Source of the DNA: Methanobacteriota archaeon
GTDB taxonomy: Archaea; Thermoplasmatota; Poseidoniia; Poseidoniales; Poseidoniaceae
Direction of reading: 5' to 3'
Length of the DNA: 64,000 nucleotides
NCBI GenBank assembly: GCA_018650165.1
Contig: JABIGM010000050.1
Span: 32,001-96,000 of the forward strand
Positions 35,696-45,517 of this stretch are shown piece after piece. Every line of letters starts with the position of its first letter. The first letter of the stretch is position 1. The notes under the pieces were generated by a model. The model worked only from the letters and a program-made list of their open reading frames with translations. It was not told the origin of the DNA and made no database searches. A program made the translations under genes and the position numbers.

Positions 35696-36229
35696 ATGGC
35701 GGGAGAAATGGTTTGGATTGATCTCGAAATGACGGGATTAAATCTTGATAGTGAATCTATTATTGAAATTGCCACAATTGTCACTGATGGTGAATTGAAT
35801 ATTACTGCCATGGGCCCAAATCTGGCAATCAAAGTAAGCGAAGAGTTGCTGGGAAATATGGATGAGTGGAACACAACTCATCACACAGCCTCTGGACTTG
35901 TTGATAGAATAAGGAGCGAAGGTGTTAGTTTAGAAGAAGCGATTAAGCAAACTTGTGCCTTTCTAAAAGAAAATATAGATACAGGTGCTTCTCCACTCTG
36001 TGGCAATTCAATTCATACTGATAGAGCATTTTTGGCAAAAGAAATGCCTGAAATTCTAGACCTGTTACACTATCGTATTGTCGATGTATCTTCAATCAAA
36101 GAGTTATCCAATAGATGGTATCCAAATAATCCAAGATATGACAAAAAAGAAGCACACCGTGCTTTGGATGATATTATCGAATCTATCGAAGAACTTCGCC
36201 ACTACAGGGCTACTTTATTCAGAGATTAA
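35696..36229 (+). CDS. orn: Oligoribonuclease (DEDDh)
   Basis: WIDLEMTGL, IIEIATIVTD, WNTTHHTASGL, PLCGNSIHTDRAFL, HYRIVDVSSIKEL, HRALDDIIESIEELRHY. Confidence 0.95.
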   Translation: MAGEMVWIDLEMTGLNLDSESIIEIATIVTDGELNITAMGPNLAIKVSEELLGNMDEWNTTHHTASGLVDRIRSEGVSLEEAIKQTCAFLKENIDTGASPLCGNSIHTDRAFLAKEMPEILDLLHYRIVDVSSIKELSNRWYPNNPRYDKKEAHRALDDIIESIEELRHYRATLFRD

Positions 36230-37022
36230 TTCCTTTGAACCCGGCAATAATTTCTGCGATTACTGCAATTGCAATCTCTTCGGGGCTCTCTGCCCCAATC
36301 TCAAGTCCAATTGGGCAGTTCACCCGGTCTAACCTCTCTTGAGTAATCCCTGCATCGAGAGCGACTTCAGAGAAAGTTTTCCATTTTGATTTTGAGCCTA
36401 TTACTCCTAATCTCCCCGAATAACCTGCAAATAGTAAGCCGAGTAATCTTTCTTCATCTTCTTTCCAGTCGTGACCTAGAAGCAAAATATCACTAAATCT
36501 AGCCAAGGAATCGGTGTTTTCAGCCATCAAGAAATCTTTGGGACAGGAGTGATGTGACTCTTTAGCTCCTTCAATCGTGGCAAATTCCGCTCTCGAATCC
36601 TGAACTGAGAAACTCCAATTCAAAGGACCACATGCTTCTGCAATCGCCTTAGCACAATGACCTCCTCCCATCAGTAGAATATGTGGCATCGGCATCAGGA
36701 TCTCCATTGCAACGGTAACGTGGCCGCCACATAAACTATCCAGAGGTGTTACCTCATAGCCCTTGGCTCCTTTATTCAATCCAAATGTCACGACCTTACC
36801 GCATGGCTTGATGGCATTTTCCAGCATCTCTCTAAGTTGTGATATCACTTTCAGTTCAAGTCCAGCACCGCCAACGGTACCTACTATGCCATGATTATTC
36901 AATGCTAATTTAGCACCTTCTTTTCCGGGTACTGAACCTGTAGTTGAAATCACAGTTGCAATTGCAACCCCTCGATTTTTGGAAAGTTCATCAAGAGACC
37001 AGTGCAAAATAGATGCCGTCAT
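36219..37022 (-). CDS. xdhC: XdhC/CoxF-family Moco sulfuration/insertion chaperone
   Basis: ATVISTTGSVP, GTVGGAGLE, CGGHVTV, LMGGGH, LGVIGSKSK, PIGLEIGAESPEEIAIAVIAEI. Confidence 0.92.
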   Translation of the reverse strand: MTASILHWSLDELSKNRGVAIATVISTTGSVPGKEGAKLALNNHGIVGTVGGAGLELKVISQLREMLENAIKPCGKVVTFGLNKGAKGYEVTPLDSLCGGHVTVAMEILMPMPHILLMGGGHCAKAIAEACGPLNWSFSVQDSRAEFATIEGAKESHHSCPKDFLMAENTDSLARFSDILLLGHDWKEDEERLLGLLFAGYSGRLGVIGSKSKWKTFSEVALDAGITQERLDRVNCPIGLEIGAESPEEIAIAVIAEIIAGFKGINL

Positions 37023-37561
37023 TGCAATGCCTCCAAATCGGCGGGAGTGTCTATGTTCATATGCACGCCGGGAGCAGAAATCCTAGTGATTTCTAATTGT
37101 TCACGTAATGAAGACTCTTTACTGAGGGCAAGGACCTTATCAATTTCACACAGTAAAAGTGGATGGCCACTTGGGTCTGGAGATGCATTAGAATGGTTCT
37201 CCAATAATGCGGGAATAGTTTCTTTATTCCAACCACATCTATCAACCGGAGAAATCAAAACGCGCCGAGGAGTTCTGCCTAATTCGCTCAGAAGTGAAAG
37301 TAATCCGACCTGTAAGGTGCCTGTCCTGCCATCTTCAGGATTTGGATTTACAACAATTGTTGCATCTTTGCATGAGAGCATCACATCGATTTGTAATTCA
37401 GAGCGAGTTACAACGATAATAGGTTTGCAACCACTCTCCTGAAGGAGACGTACTGCCCTGCCAACCAAGGTTTCACCATTCCATTCGACCAATGCTTTAG
37501 GTTGTCCCAATCGAGATGACGACCCCGCAGCCAGAACAATGGCTGGTACACACTTGGCCAT
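37019..37561 (-). CDS. mocA: Molybdenum cofactor cytidylyltransferase-like NTP transferase
   Basis: IVLAAGSSSRLGQPKAL, VVNPNPEDG, GHPLL, NIDTPADL; 4-bp overlap with xdhC. Confidence 0.8.
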   Translation of the reverse strand: MAKCVPAIVLAAGSSSRLGQPKALVEWNGETLVGRAVRLLQESGCKPIIVVTRSELQIDVMLSCKDATIVVNPNPEDGRTGTLQVGLLSLLSELGRTPRRVLISPVDRCGWNKETIPALLENHSNASPDPSGHPLLLCEIDKVLALSKESSLREQLEITRISAPGVHMNIDTPADLEALQ

Positions 37562-37565
37562 TAGA

Positions 37566-38714
37566 TCACAGGTCCTTGGTAATCTCACGCCCAATTATCA
37601 TACGTTGGACCTGACTGCTTCCTTCATAGATTTGCATTACTTTAGCACCACGCATTAAACGAGCCACTGGGTACTCTTCAGAATAACCATATCCACCATA
37701 GACCTGTACTGCATCTGTAGTAACTTCCATGGCAGTATCTGCTGCAAAGCGCTTCGCATGGGCTGCGGATTCAGTATTACTGATTCCCGCATCTGATTCT
37801 GAGGCTGATTTCCAGGTTAACATCCTTGATGCTTCAATCTTAGTCTTCATATCCGCAAGCATGAATTGAATTGCTTGGTGTCGATGTAGAGGTTTGCCAA
37901 ACGTTTGGCGTTCTCCTGAATATTGTAATGCGTGTTCGTAAGCAGCACGAGCTAGTCCTGTTGCATGAGCTGCAATGTTTGGCCGACTCATGTCGAATGC
38001 CTTCATCGCATTCATCCACCCACCTGATTCTGAAGCACCACACAGGTTTTCAACTGGAATCCTCATGTCATCGAATGACATAGAACGGGTATCAGAACAC
38101 CTTTGGCCCATATTATTCTCTTTCTTTCCTAGAGAAAGACCAGGGGTGTTAGCATCGACAATGAAACCAGACATCCCACGATATCCCGCATTGGGGTCGG
38201 TCTTTGCCAAAACGAAAAACCAATCTGCTTTTCCGGCACCTGTGATCCACATTTTTGAACCGTTGATGACATATTCATCACCATCTTTTACTGCCAGAGT
38301 TTTACAAGCAGCCACGTCTGAACCCGCACCTGGTTCGGTAACTGCATAGGATGCGAGAGCACCTTCTTCAGCAACCATTCGCAAGTATTTGTCCTTCTGT
38401 TCATGAGTTGCCCCTGTAATCAGTGGAGCACATGCTAGACTAGTGGCATATGCCGCTGTTGCAAAACCGGGGTCACCCCATGCTAATTCTTCATTGACAA
38501 GCACTTCTTCCATTGAACCAAGTCCAGGTCCACCATACTCTTCAGAAATATGTAAGTTTAGTAATCCCATTTCATTTGCAGATTTTATTGCATCTTTCGG
38601 GTATTCCGAATTCAAGTCCCAGTGTTCTGCATTTGGTCTGATTTCATCCAAGGCAAACTCTCTTGCTAGTTCTTGGAGCATCGTCTGCATTTCATCTAAT
38701 TGAAAGTCGACCAT
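37566..38714 (-). CDS. Acyl-CoA dehydrogenase
   Basis: YAVTEPGAGSDV, INGSKMWIT, GQRCSDT, RQTFGKPL, AVQVYGGYGY, QIYEGSSQVQR. Confidence 0.95.
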   Translation of the reverse strand: MVDFQLDEMQTMLQELAREFALDEIRPNAEHWDLNSEYPKDAIKSANEMGLLNLHISEEYGGPGLGSMEEVLVNEELAWGDPGFATAAYATSLACAPLITGATHEQKDKYLRMVAEEGALASYAVTEPGAGSDVAACKTLAVKDGDEYVINGSKMWITGAGKADWFFVLAKTDPNAGYRGMSGFIVDANTPGLSLGKKENNMGQRCSDTRSMSFDDMRIPVENLCGASESGGWMNAMKAFDMSRPNIAAHATGLARAAYEHALQYSGERQTFGKPLHRHQAIQFMLADMKTKIEASRMLTWKSASESDAGISNTESAAHAKRFAADTAMEVTTDAVQVYGGYGYSEEYPVARLMRGAKVMQIYEGSSQVQRMIIGREITKDL

Positions 38715-38757
38715 GCTCAGCCCACAAGGCCATTGCGCATAAGAAGTGCTATTCTTC

Positions 38758-39897
38758 TCAAATCGAGAGATAGCCTTGGCGTTGTAATTCGATTAGAACC
38801 AAGAATAGTAAGTAGAAAGAAATCAAAATTCCACCTTCCAATCTACTAAATTTAAATCCGGTCCACATCATTACCAAACATAATGCCACTCCAGCAATCG
38901 TCGCTGGGATAATCAAGTACATTGTTAGGTCATAAGAGGCTTCAGTCAATGTGATTGGGGCCACTAAGGCTGCGATACCAATGGACAATAGTGGGTCTGT
39001 AATATTAGAGCCTATCAGGGTTCCAATCGCAACTCCTTGACTCTTACGTACTGCAACCATTGCGACAGTAAGTTCTGGAAGTGAGGTTCCTAAACCAGAC
39101 ATTGTGGAACCAACAATTGCATGAGGAACATTCAATTTATAGGCGATTTCACAAGCATAATCCACTAACTGAGTCGCTGAATATACAGCCATACTCAGTC
39201 CAATTATGACCATGATCATGTATGCAGTTCCACTCCAACTAAATTCTGTTGAAGACTTAATCTCATTTACAATTTCAAGTTCATCTTCTCTAATTTTATT
39301 AGTATCACTAAGCAACCAAAAGATGTACAGCATATAGATTAAACACAGGATTGCCCCCTCTATACGAGTTAGTCCATCTCCCTCCCATAGTAAAGCAGTC
39401 AAGACAAGTACTGAAAGAAGCATAAGAAGGCCATCTCTTCGTAGCCATGCGGGCCTAATCTCAAGCGGTTTGAAAGCGACAACTATGCCCAATACTAGGG
39501 TGATTTGAACCAATATCGAGCCGTAGATATTACCAACTGCTAGATCCATCAGTGCCGGGTCATTTCCTGCAGCTGTTGCCGAAGCAGTAGCAGTAACAAG
39601 AATCTCGGGGAGAGAGGTTCCAATGCTGACAATCGTTAATCCGATTACAACTTCTGCCATTCCGGCTCTCCTAGCGAGTCCTTTAGCACCCTCTACAAAG
39701 AAATCAGCAGAGGTAATCAGCAATGCCAGTGCTATTATTATCAAAACAATTAGGATGCCGATATTTGTCCAATCATTTTTCTCAGTAATTCCTCCAAGAA
39801 TTGCCAGTGTTACGAACAGTGCGAATGAAATCAGTAATGCATTCCATTGGAGAAGAGCACCAATGCCTTGCTGCTTAACTTCCCCTCCCATGACCAT
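38758..39897 (-). CDS. Ca2+/cation antiporter (CaCA, YrbG-like)
   Basis: Alpha repeats GTSLPEILV...GNIYGS and GTSLPELTV...GTLIGSN. Confidence 0.92.
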   Translation of the reverse strand: MVMGGEVKQQGIGALLQWNALLISFALFVTLAILGGITEKNDWTNIGILIVLIIIALALLITSADFFVEGAKGLARRAGMAEVVIGLTIVSIGTSLPEILVTATASATAAGNDPALMDLAVGNIYGSILVQITLVLGIVVAFKPLEIRPAWLRRDGLLMLLSVLVLTALLWEGDGLTRIEGAILCLIYMLYIFWLLSDTNKIREDELEIVNEIKSSTEFSWSGTAYMIMVIIGLSMAVYSATQLVDYACEIAYKLNVPHAIVGSTMSGLGTSLPELTVAMVAVRKSQGVAIGTLIGSNITDPLLSIGIAALVAPITLTEASYDLTMYLIIPATIAGVALCLVMMWTGFKFSRLEGGILISFYLLFLVLIELQRQGYLSI

Positions 39898-39973
39898 GGC
39901 ATAATGAACCCCTCTTTGATTATTACTTAGGTTTTAGAAAAAACTCATGAATTGAGTCTGATACCACCGGTTT

Positions 39974-40573
39974 GTGTGGTCGCGCTACCTTGCTGAATTT
40001 TGCGGGACTTTTCTGATGGTCCTATTGGGATGTGGATCCGTTGCAATGGGTTGGAGCCCTATTGCAATTAGTGTGACTTTTGGTTTTGCAGTATTCACAG
40101 CAATTATGATTTTCCAGCCAATTTCGGGCGCCCATATTAATCCGGCTGTATCGATTGCATTTGCAGCAAAGGGTGACCTTGAACAAAAAGCGTTACCTGG
40201 GTACTTAATCGCACAATCACTAGGTGCTTGGCTTGCAGCAATGCTGGTCGTTGATGGAGCAACTATTCCCACTGTCTCGATGCCAAATGCATGGGGAATT
40301 GAAATTGCAATTACTCTACTTCTAATGTATTCAATACATGTGCTGGTAAGAAGAAATGTGAGTCGATTCAAACTATCACTCGGAGTAGGGACCATGGTTG
40401 CATTACTGTCATTCTGTTTCGGAGATTCCACCGGCGCTAGTATGAATCCCGCAAGAACACTTGGACCAAATATTGTCACGGGCAATGGGAATTTAATTCT
40501 ATATATCGTGGCCCCTGTAATCGGGGCCGTAATATCAAACTTCATCCCTGGGCCACTTGACGAAGAGCCTTGA
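39974..40573 (+). CDS. Aquaporin (MIP family)
   Basis: AEFCGTF, SGAHINPAVS, TGASMNPART; GTG start. Confidence 0.93.
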   Translation: MWSRYLAEFCGTFLMVLLGCGSVAMGWSPIAISVTFGFAVFTAIMIFQPISGAHINPAVSIAFAAKGDLEQKALPGYLIAQSLGAWLAAMLVVDGATIPTVSMPNAWGIEIAITLLLMYSIHVLVRRNVSRFKLSLGVGTMVALLSFCFGDSTGASMNPARTLGPNIVTGNGNLILYIVAPVIGAVISNFIPGPLDEEP

Positions 40574-43124
40574 TCACATGGTCGAGACTCGGAACGGTGT
40601 GGTCCTCAAGAGGTGGAGCAAACGGTACTGGTGTATCAAGCGCACCGATAATTAGTGGAGCAGATTCTAAAGCATAGAAAGCATCTTCCATGATTCTAGA
40701 TTGCATAGAATGAGCAATACCGCCAAACCATTGACCTTCTTGTAAAATTACAAGACGTCCAGTTCTGGTTACACTAGATACGCATGTTTTTGCATCGAAT
40801 GGCACCAGAGTTCTAACATCAATAATTTCCACTTCAATATCTTCTTTTGATAATTGATCTGCTGCAAGTTTAGCTACATGCACCATTGAACCCCATGTGA
40901 CCAGGGTAACATCTCTTCCCCCACGAATAACTCCCGCTTTACCAATCTTGAGTCTTTCACCCGATGAAATTGCATCTTTGACTGGCTTTGTATCTACTTT
41001 TTGATTAATATTTTGGCCCCAGCCAGTAAGGCCTCCGCGCAACCCATACAAACCAATATGTTCCAAGAAAATTACTGGGTCATCTAGTGCGGCCGCCTCA
41101 CGTAAAAGGTCGTAGGCATCTTGGGGAGTCCCTGGAGCAAGTACTACCAAACCGGGGTCATTTGCATACCATGATTCAATCATATTTGCATGGAATGGTC
41201 CACTTCGTGTCTTTGCACCCAATGGTATTCTGATAGTAATGGGTACATCAGCACCCCATCTCCAGCGTAGCATTGCTGCATTATTTATTAGCGCGTTGTG
41301 GGCTAATGCTGCAAAGCCACCAAATTGTATTTCGGCCATTGGCCTCATTCCAGCAAGAGCAGCGCCTGTAGCGGAATGAATTATGACTGCTTCACATAGA
41401 GGCATATCGAGTAATTTATCTTGATGTCCGTTTGCTTTTAGAGGAATATTCATTCCGAACGCTCCTGCTACTTCCATATCTTCTCCCATGAAAAGTGTGG
41501 AATCCCCATATTGCTCAGCAATATCACACATCGCTTGCTGAATCGCTCTTGAATAAGTCCAACCACCACTCTCGGCATACTCTAGTAAGCACTCACCTAC
41601 TTCTAATACTGGATTTGATTCCCCCATAATTGCAGAACCGGATAAACGTTTCAAATGGTCTTCATGAGTATCGGCATTATGTAGTGATGTTACACCAAGT
41701 GTGACTGTTGAAGGGTCTGCCCATTCCATCTCTTCGACTGAAGAACGGGCAGAATCTACCAATTCTTGTTCCTCTGCTTCCATAACAGAGAGTTCTTTTT
41801 CGGTAATTCCTAGAGAAAGCAGAAGATTTCTATGAGTTGGAATTGGGTCCTTAGCTTCCCAATATGAAAGTAAGTCGCGGTCTACATATCCAGGAGGGGT
41901 GCCTGAAGGTGCACCAAGATAGAGATCATCATGGTGGTGAGCATGCCCACAACCACGCATGGTTTCAATGTGAATTAGAGTTGGCCCCCCGCCAGACAAT
42001 GAAAATTCTCGTGCACAAGCAACAGATGCATGCCAGGATGCAGGGTCTGAGCCATCTATTGTCCACGATGGAATGCCCATTGCCACTGCCTTATCAGCCC
42101 ATAATTCAACATTTGATTGATTTACAGGTGGTGTATCAAGTGCAATTTGGTTGTTTTGTAAAATATATGATATTGGTAAGCCGCGGGTTGCAGCTAGATT
42201 GATTGCTTCCCACCACTCTCCTGATGAGGAAGAGCCTTCGCCTATGCATGCAAGGTGGAATCTCTTCTCATTCTTTTTCCATGCTGAAAGTGCCATTCCA
42301 GTCATCGTAACCGTAGCAATTGGAAGAGGTGCTGTAGGCGGGAGTACGCCTCTGTGGAAGCAACCAACGTGTAAATCTCTACCTCCTGCACCATCGATTC
42401 CCCCATTCATTACTGAATCGATTTTACCCATCTGTGCAGTCATAATATCCATTGGAGTATCGCCCATTGCCATACATAATCCAATATCTCTAATCATTGG
42501 AGCGATGTAATCACCATGATATGGTGAATCGGGAGAGTTGTGTTGGTCTCTTTTGAGAGCAGTAGCCGCTGCAACACAACCCTCTTGCCAGGTAGAACGG
42601 AAGCCCTTTCCGCCAAATTTACCACCATCAGGAGTGTCCATGCCATTTGCAAAAATATCTTTCAGATGAGCATCTAATCCACGAGTTCTTGTCATCATAC
42701 GTTGCCATTCCATTCGCATTTCATTTGTGATTGACATATAGTGTGCCAATCGACGTAAACAGAGTATGACATCAACGATGAAGCGATCACCTCTTCTTTC
42801 TAAATGTAAATCCGTATCTCTTCTTGGAATTATTTCACCTTCAGTCAAACCCTTGACTTTAGTACGCCCGGTCAATCCTTGCTTCAGTGCATCGACAAAT
42901 CTGTTGGAAAAGTCGTGCCATGATTCTCCATCATAGGAATTTTCACCGCGATGTACGAAATCCCATACGGCTCCGATAAGTTGTAGGTGGCCATCGTGAC
43001 GCTCTGCAGTGAAGCGCAGTAACTCGCCTTTAGCAGCATCTGCTGGTAGTGTATTGGTAAATTCTAATGGGCTTTCACCAATCCAATCAGTACCACGAAT
43101 CGTCGGTAATTGTCCTTGAGTCAT
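40542..43124 (-). CDS. Fused E1 alpha/beta ThDP-dependent 2-oxoacid dehydrogenase with extra N-terminal domain
   Basis: GEG...NN ThDP motif (GEGSSSSGEWWEAINLAA...QNNQIA), RGCGH; beta part DMPLCEA, EIQF, GPFHA, RGGRDVTLVTWG, IDVRTLVPFD. Start at ATG 43124. Confidence 0.85.
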   Translation of the reverse strand: MTQGQLPTIRGTDWIGESPLEFTNTLPADAAKGELLRFTAERHDGHLQLIGAVWDFVHRGENSYDGESWHDFSNRFVDALKQGLTGRTKVKGLTEGEIIPRRDTDLHLERRGDRFIVDVILCLRRLAHYMSITNEMRMEWQRMMTRTRGLDAHLKDIFANGMDTPDGGKFGGKGFRSTWQEGCVAAATALKRDQHNSPDSPYHGDYIAPMIRDIGLCMAMGDTPMDIMTAQMGKIDSVMNGGIDGAGGRDLHVGCFHRGVLPPTAPLPIATVTMTGMALSAWKKNEKRFHLACIGEGSSSSGEWWEAINLAATRGLPISYILQNNQIALDTPPVNQSNVELWADKAVAMGIPSWTIDGSDPASWHASVACAREFSLSGGGPTLIHIETMRGCGHAHHHDDLYLGAPSGTPPGYVDRDLLSYWEAKDPIPTHRNLLLSLGITEKELSVMEAEEQELVDSARSSVEEMEWADPSTVTLGVTSLHNADTHEDHLKRLSGSAIMGESNPVLEVGECLLEYAESGGWTYSRAIQQAMCDIAEQYGDSTLFMGEDMEVAGAFGMNIPLKANGHQDKLLDMPLCEAVIIHSATGAALAGMRPMAEIQFGGFAALAHNALINNAAMLRWRWGADVPITIRIPLGAKTRSGPFHANMIESWYANDPGLVVLAPGTPQDAYDLLREAAALDDPVIFLEHIGLYGLRGGLTGWGQNINQKVDTKPVKDAISSGERLKIGKAGVIRGGRDVTLVTWGSMVHVAKLAADQLSKEDIEVEIIDVRTLVPFDAKTCVSSVTRTGRLVILQEGQWFGGIAHSMQSRIMEDAFYALESAPLIIGALDTPVPFAPPLEDHTVPSLDHVIKALRQVAQG

Positions 43125-43180
43125 GGTCCATCCCACCCCTCCGAAGAGGCGTTTTCTTATCAGGCATGCCATTATTCAAA

Positions 43181-44437
43181 TCATTCAGATTCGAGGCGTT
43201 TTGACATTTCTGAATTGTAACAATCACTCAATACCTGACGATTTGAAAGGGTTATCATCAATCCTATGGCCATCGGTATTGCAAGAATTCCTAATGAGAT
43301 TCCCCAATTGTTAGTGTAATCATAAACCGGACCAATAACCATTGGTCCAACTATAGTTCCAGCAGCCCATGCGGTTCCAAAGGCACCAAATGCAAGACCT
43401 GCGCCACCTTTACCGTATACTTGAGTAGTTGCCGCATCTACCATTGGAAGCATTGGAACTTGTGCTGCCGAGATTGCAAATTGGAAAACTCCTAAAATTA
43501 CAATGATACAATATGCTGCAAGAATGACATCATGTATTGAATATGCAACATATCCAGCCGCAAGCATCGTTATGGTTACAACAGTCCAACCGAATATCAT
43601 GTAGCGAACGGGGCCATTGCGATCTACTAGAACGCCCCACAACCAACCGCCTAAACCTTGGGCGACTACCATTACCAACAAGACTGCACCAATCCAGGCA
43701 GCATTTAGGCCCAAACTATCCTTAAGGAATAATGGAACTCCTGCTTCTAGTGCACCAGTTGCTAATGTAGTCATCATCACCAATAGACCGATTCGGAATA
43801 ATACAGGGTTCTGAATGAATACTTTCAGAGGCACTGAGCCTTGAGCCGGCTCACTACCATGACCCAACTCCTTAGTTGTCACATAGATTATTGGAATGAT
43901 GACTGCAGTTGCAGATGCTAGACCAATAAATGCATATTGCGGTCCAATTGTGTAAGCAGCCCCTCCAATTACTGGCCCCATCAAACCGCCAATTGTTGCC
44001 ATTGCAATCAATTTCCCTGACATTTCTCCAAATTTGGTTGGCCAAATATCACTCGCTGCAGCAAATCCTGCAGTCAGAATTGCAGCACCTGATGCGCCAT
44101 GTATCAACCTGGCTATTGCCAAAACAATGAATCCATCAATAGATGTGACTTCCATTGCTACCAAGTAGAGCAAAGATGCTGCAGTTAATGCAACCAATGA
44201 GAATAGAATAGTGCGACCAGGCCCCAGACGGTCGGTCAACCGTCCAGTGTAAGGCCCCAGTAAGAAAAGCGGAACTGCCCAAAGTGAAACTAATGCTGTA
44301 GCTTCAGTATTGGATAATGCAAACTCTGCTCTCCATGATGGAAGTATTGGAACGATGAACGCATAACCCATGAAATCAACTAAAAATGCACAAGATAAAG
44401 CCCAGAAAGCCCACTTCTTATCCGATTCACTCATCAT
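43181..44437 (-). CDS. MFS transporter
   Basis: 12-TM pattern; motif A GRLTDRLGPGR and GVLVDRNG. Confidence 0.9.
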   Translation of the reverse strand: MMSESDKKWAFWALSCAFLVDFMGYAFIVPILPSWRAEFALSNTEATALVSLWAVPLFLLGPYTGRLTDRLGPGRTILFSLVALTAASLLYLVAMEVTSIDGFIVLAIARLIHGASGAAILTAGFAAASDIWPTKFGEMSGKLIAMATIGGLMGPVIGGAAYTIGPQYAFIGLASATAVIIPIIYVTTKELGHGSEPAQGSVPLKVFIQNPVLFRIGLLVMMTTLATGALEAGVPLFLKDSLGLNAAWIGAVLLVMVVAQGLGGWLWGVLVDRNGPVRYMIFGWTVVTITMLAAGYVAYSIHDVILAAYCIIVILGVFQFAISAAQVPMLPMVDAATTQVYGKGGAGLAFGAFGTAWAAGTIVGPMVIGPVYDYTNNWGISLGILAIPMAIGLMITLSNRQVLSDCYNSEMSKRLESE

Positions 44438-45483
44438 TCTTCTTCCTCTCTTGATGGAAGTGAGGTCAACACATCCCCTAGCATTTCAGTAACGTCTTCT
44501 ACACGGGTTGACAATGTAATATCTGTGAGATTCCCCGGTCTTCCGATATCCCACATCAATTCATGGGCTGTTTCAGTTACCAGTCTTGTGAATTCAAGAA
44601 CAGCAGGATCGATTGCAGCTTGGTTATGTTCTGGAATAATATTGACAAGGTCCGGCTTTTCATCGAGTATACTATCCATTACTCCCTCAATGTCAGATGC
44701 TATTACATCCGCTTGGTTTTGTAGAATATCTTCCATTGAACCTCCCCCCAATTTACTAGTTGTAGATTTTGAACCCAACTTTGAACTCCTCTTTGAGGTG
44801 GGTAGATTTCCAGAAACTGAGCCCGCAGCACCCGCATTAGCAGTGGGGCCTAATTCATTGACAATATTGTTGAGAGCTACACGAAGTACATTCGACATCA
44901 AAGAGGGATCTATCTCTTGTTCGATTTCTATGCCTTCTTCTCCTAACTGAGTTAGTATCTCATTGATGAAGTCGACATTAATTTTTTCCGGAGTGACAAT
45001 TCCTTTTAGCATCGGAAGCGCCCATTTAGCATCACCCATCACCATCGATACGTCAAATGTGCCACTTCCGCCTGTACCTGTGGCATTAGAAACGTCTGCT
45101 GGTGGCTGAACGAATTGTTTCTTCGAATGTTTCTCAAGTTGTGCAAGTAACTTATTCATGTCAACCGGTTTTGAAATCACTTCGTTTATTCCTGCTCTGG
45201 CAGCAGAAACCAGATAATCTTCAGAATTTGACCTTGATAGAATCACGATTCTGCATTTGAATGCAAACTCAGGATCTGACATTAATCTCTGAGATGCATC
45301 GATTGCATCACCGGTGTTCCATTCACCATCAATTAGGACAACCTCGGGCATTGTAGCGAGAGCAGTTCCTTCCGCTTGTCGTAAAGTCCCAGCCCTAGTT
45401 ACTTCATACCCGGCTCGCTCTAAAGTTCCTGCAAGAAGATTGCGTCGGCCTTCGTTCTCGTCGGCTACGATAAGTTTCGGCAC
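44434..45483 (-). CDS. Response-regulator receiver protein with unknown C-terminal region
   Basis: LIVADE, GYEV, VVLID, IVILS, VISKP are all REC hallmarks; GTG start. Confidence 0.8.
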   Translation of the reverse strand: MPKLIVADENEGRRNLLAGTLERAGYEVTRAGTLRQAEGTALATMPEVVLIDGEWNTGDAIDASQRLMSDPEFAFKCRIVILSRSNSEDYLVSAARAGINEVISKPVDMNKLLAQLEKHSKKQFVQPPADVSNATGTGGSGTFDVSMVMGDAKWALPMLKGIVTPEKINVDFINEILTQLGEEGIEIEQEIDPSLMSNVLRVALNNIVNELGPTANAGAAGSVSGNLPTSKRSSKLGSKSTTSKLGGGSMEDILQNQADVIASDIEGVMDSILDEKPDLVNIIPEHNQAAIDPAVLEFTRLVTETAHELMWDIGRPGNLTDITLSTRVEDVTEMLGDVLTSLPSREEEE

Positions 45484-45517
45484 ATGCTACTGGCCAACAC
45501 TAAACCCCTTGAAGGTT

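Noticed and set aside
39943-39957. ACTCA-N5-TGAGT between the antiporter and aquaporin genes
   Set aside because: Only 5-bp arms; expected by chance in AT-rich DNA and not repeated elsewhere in the window.
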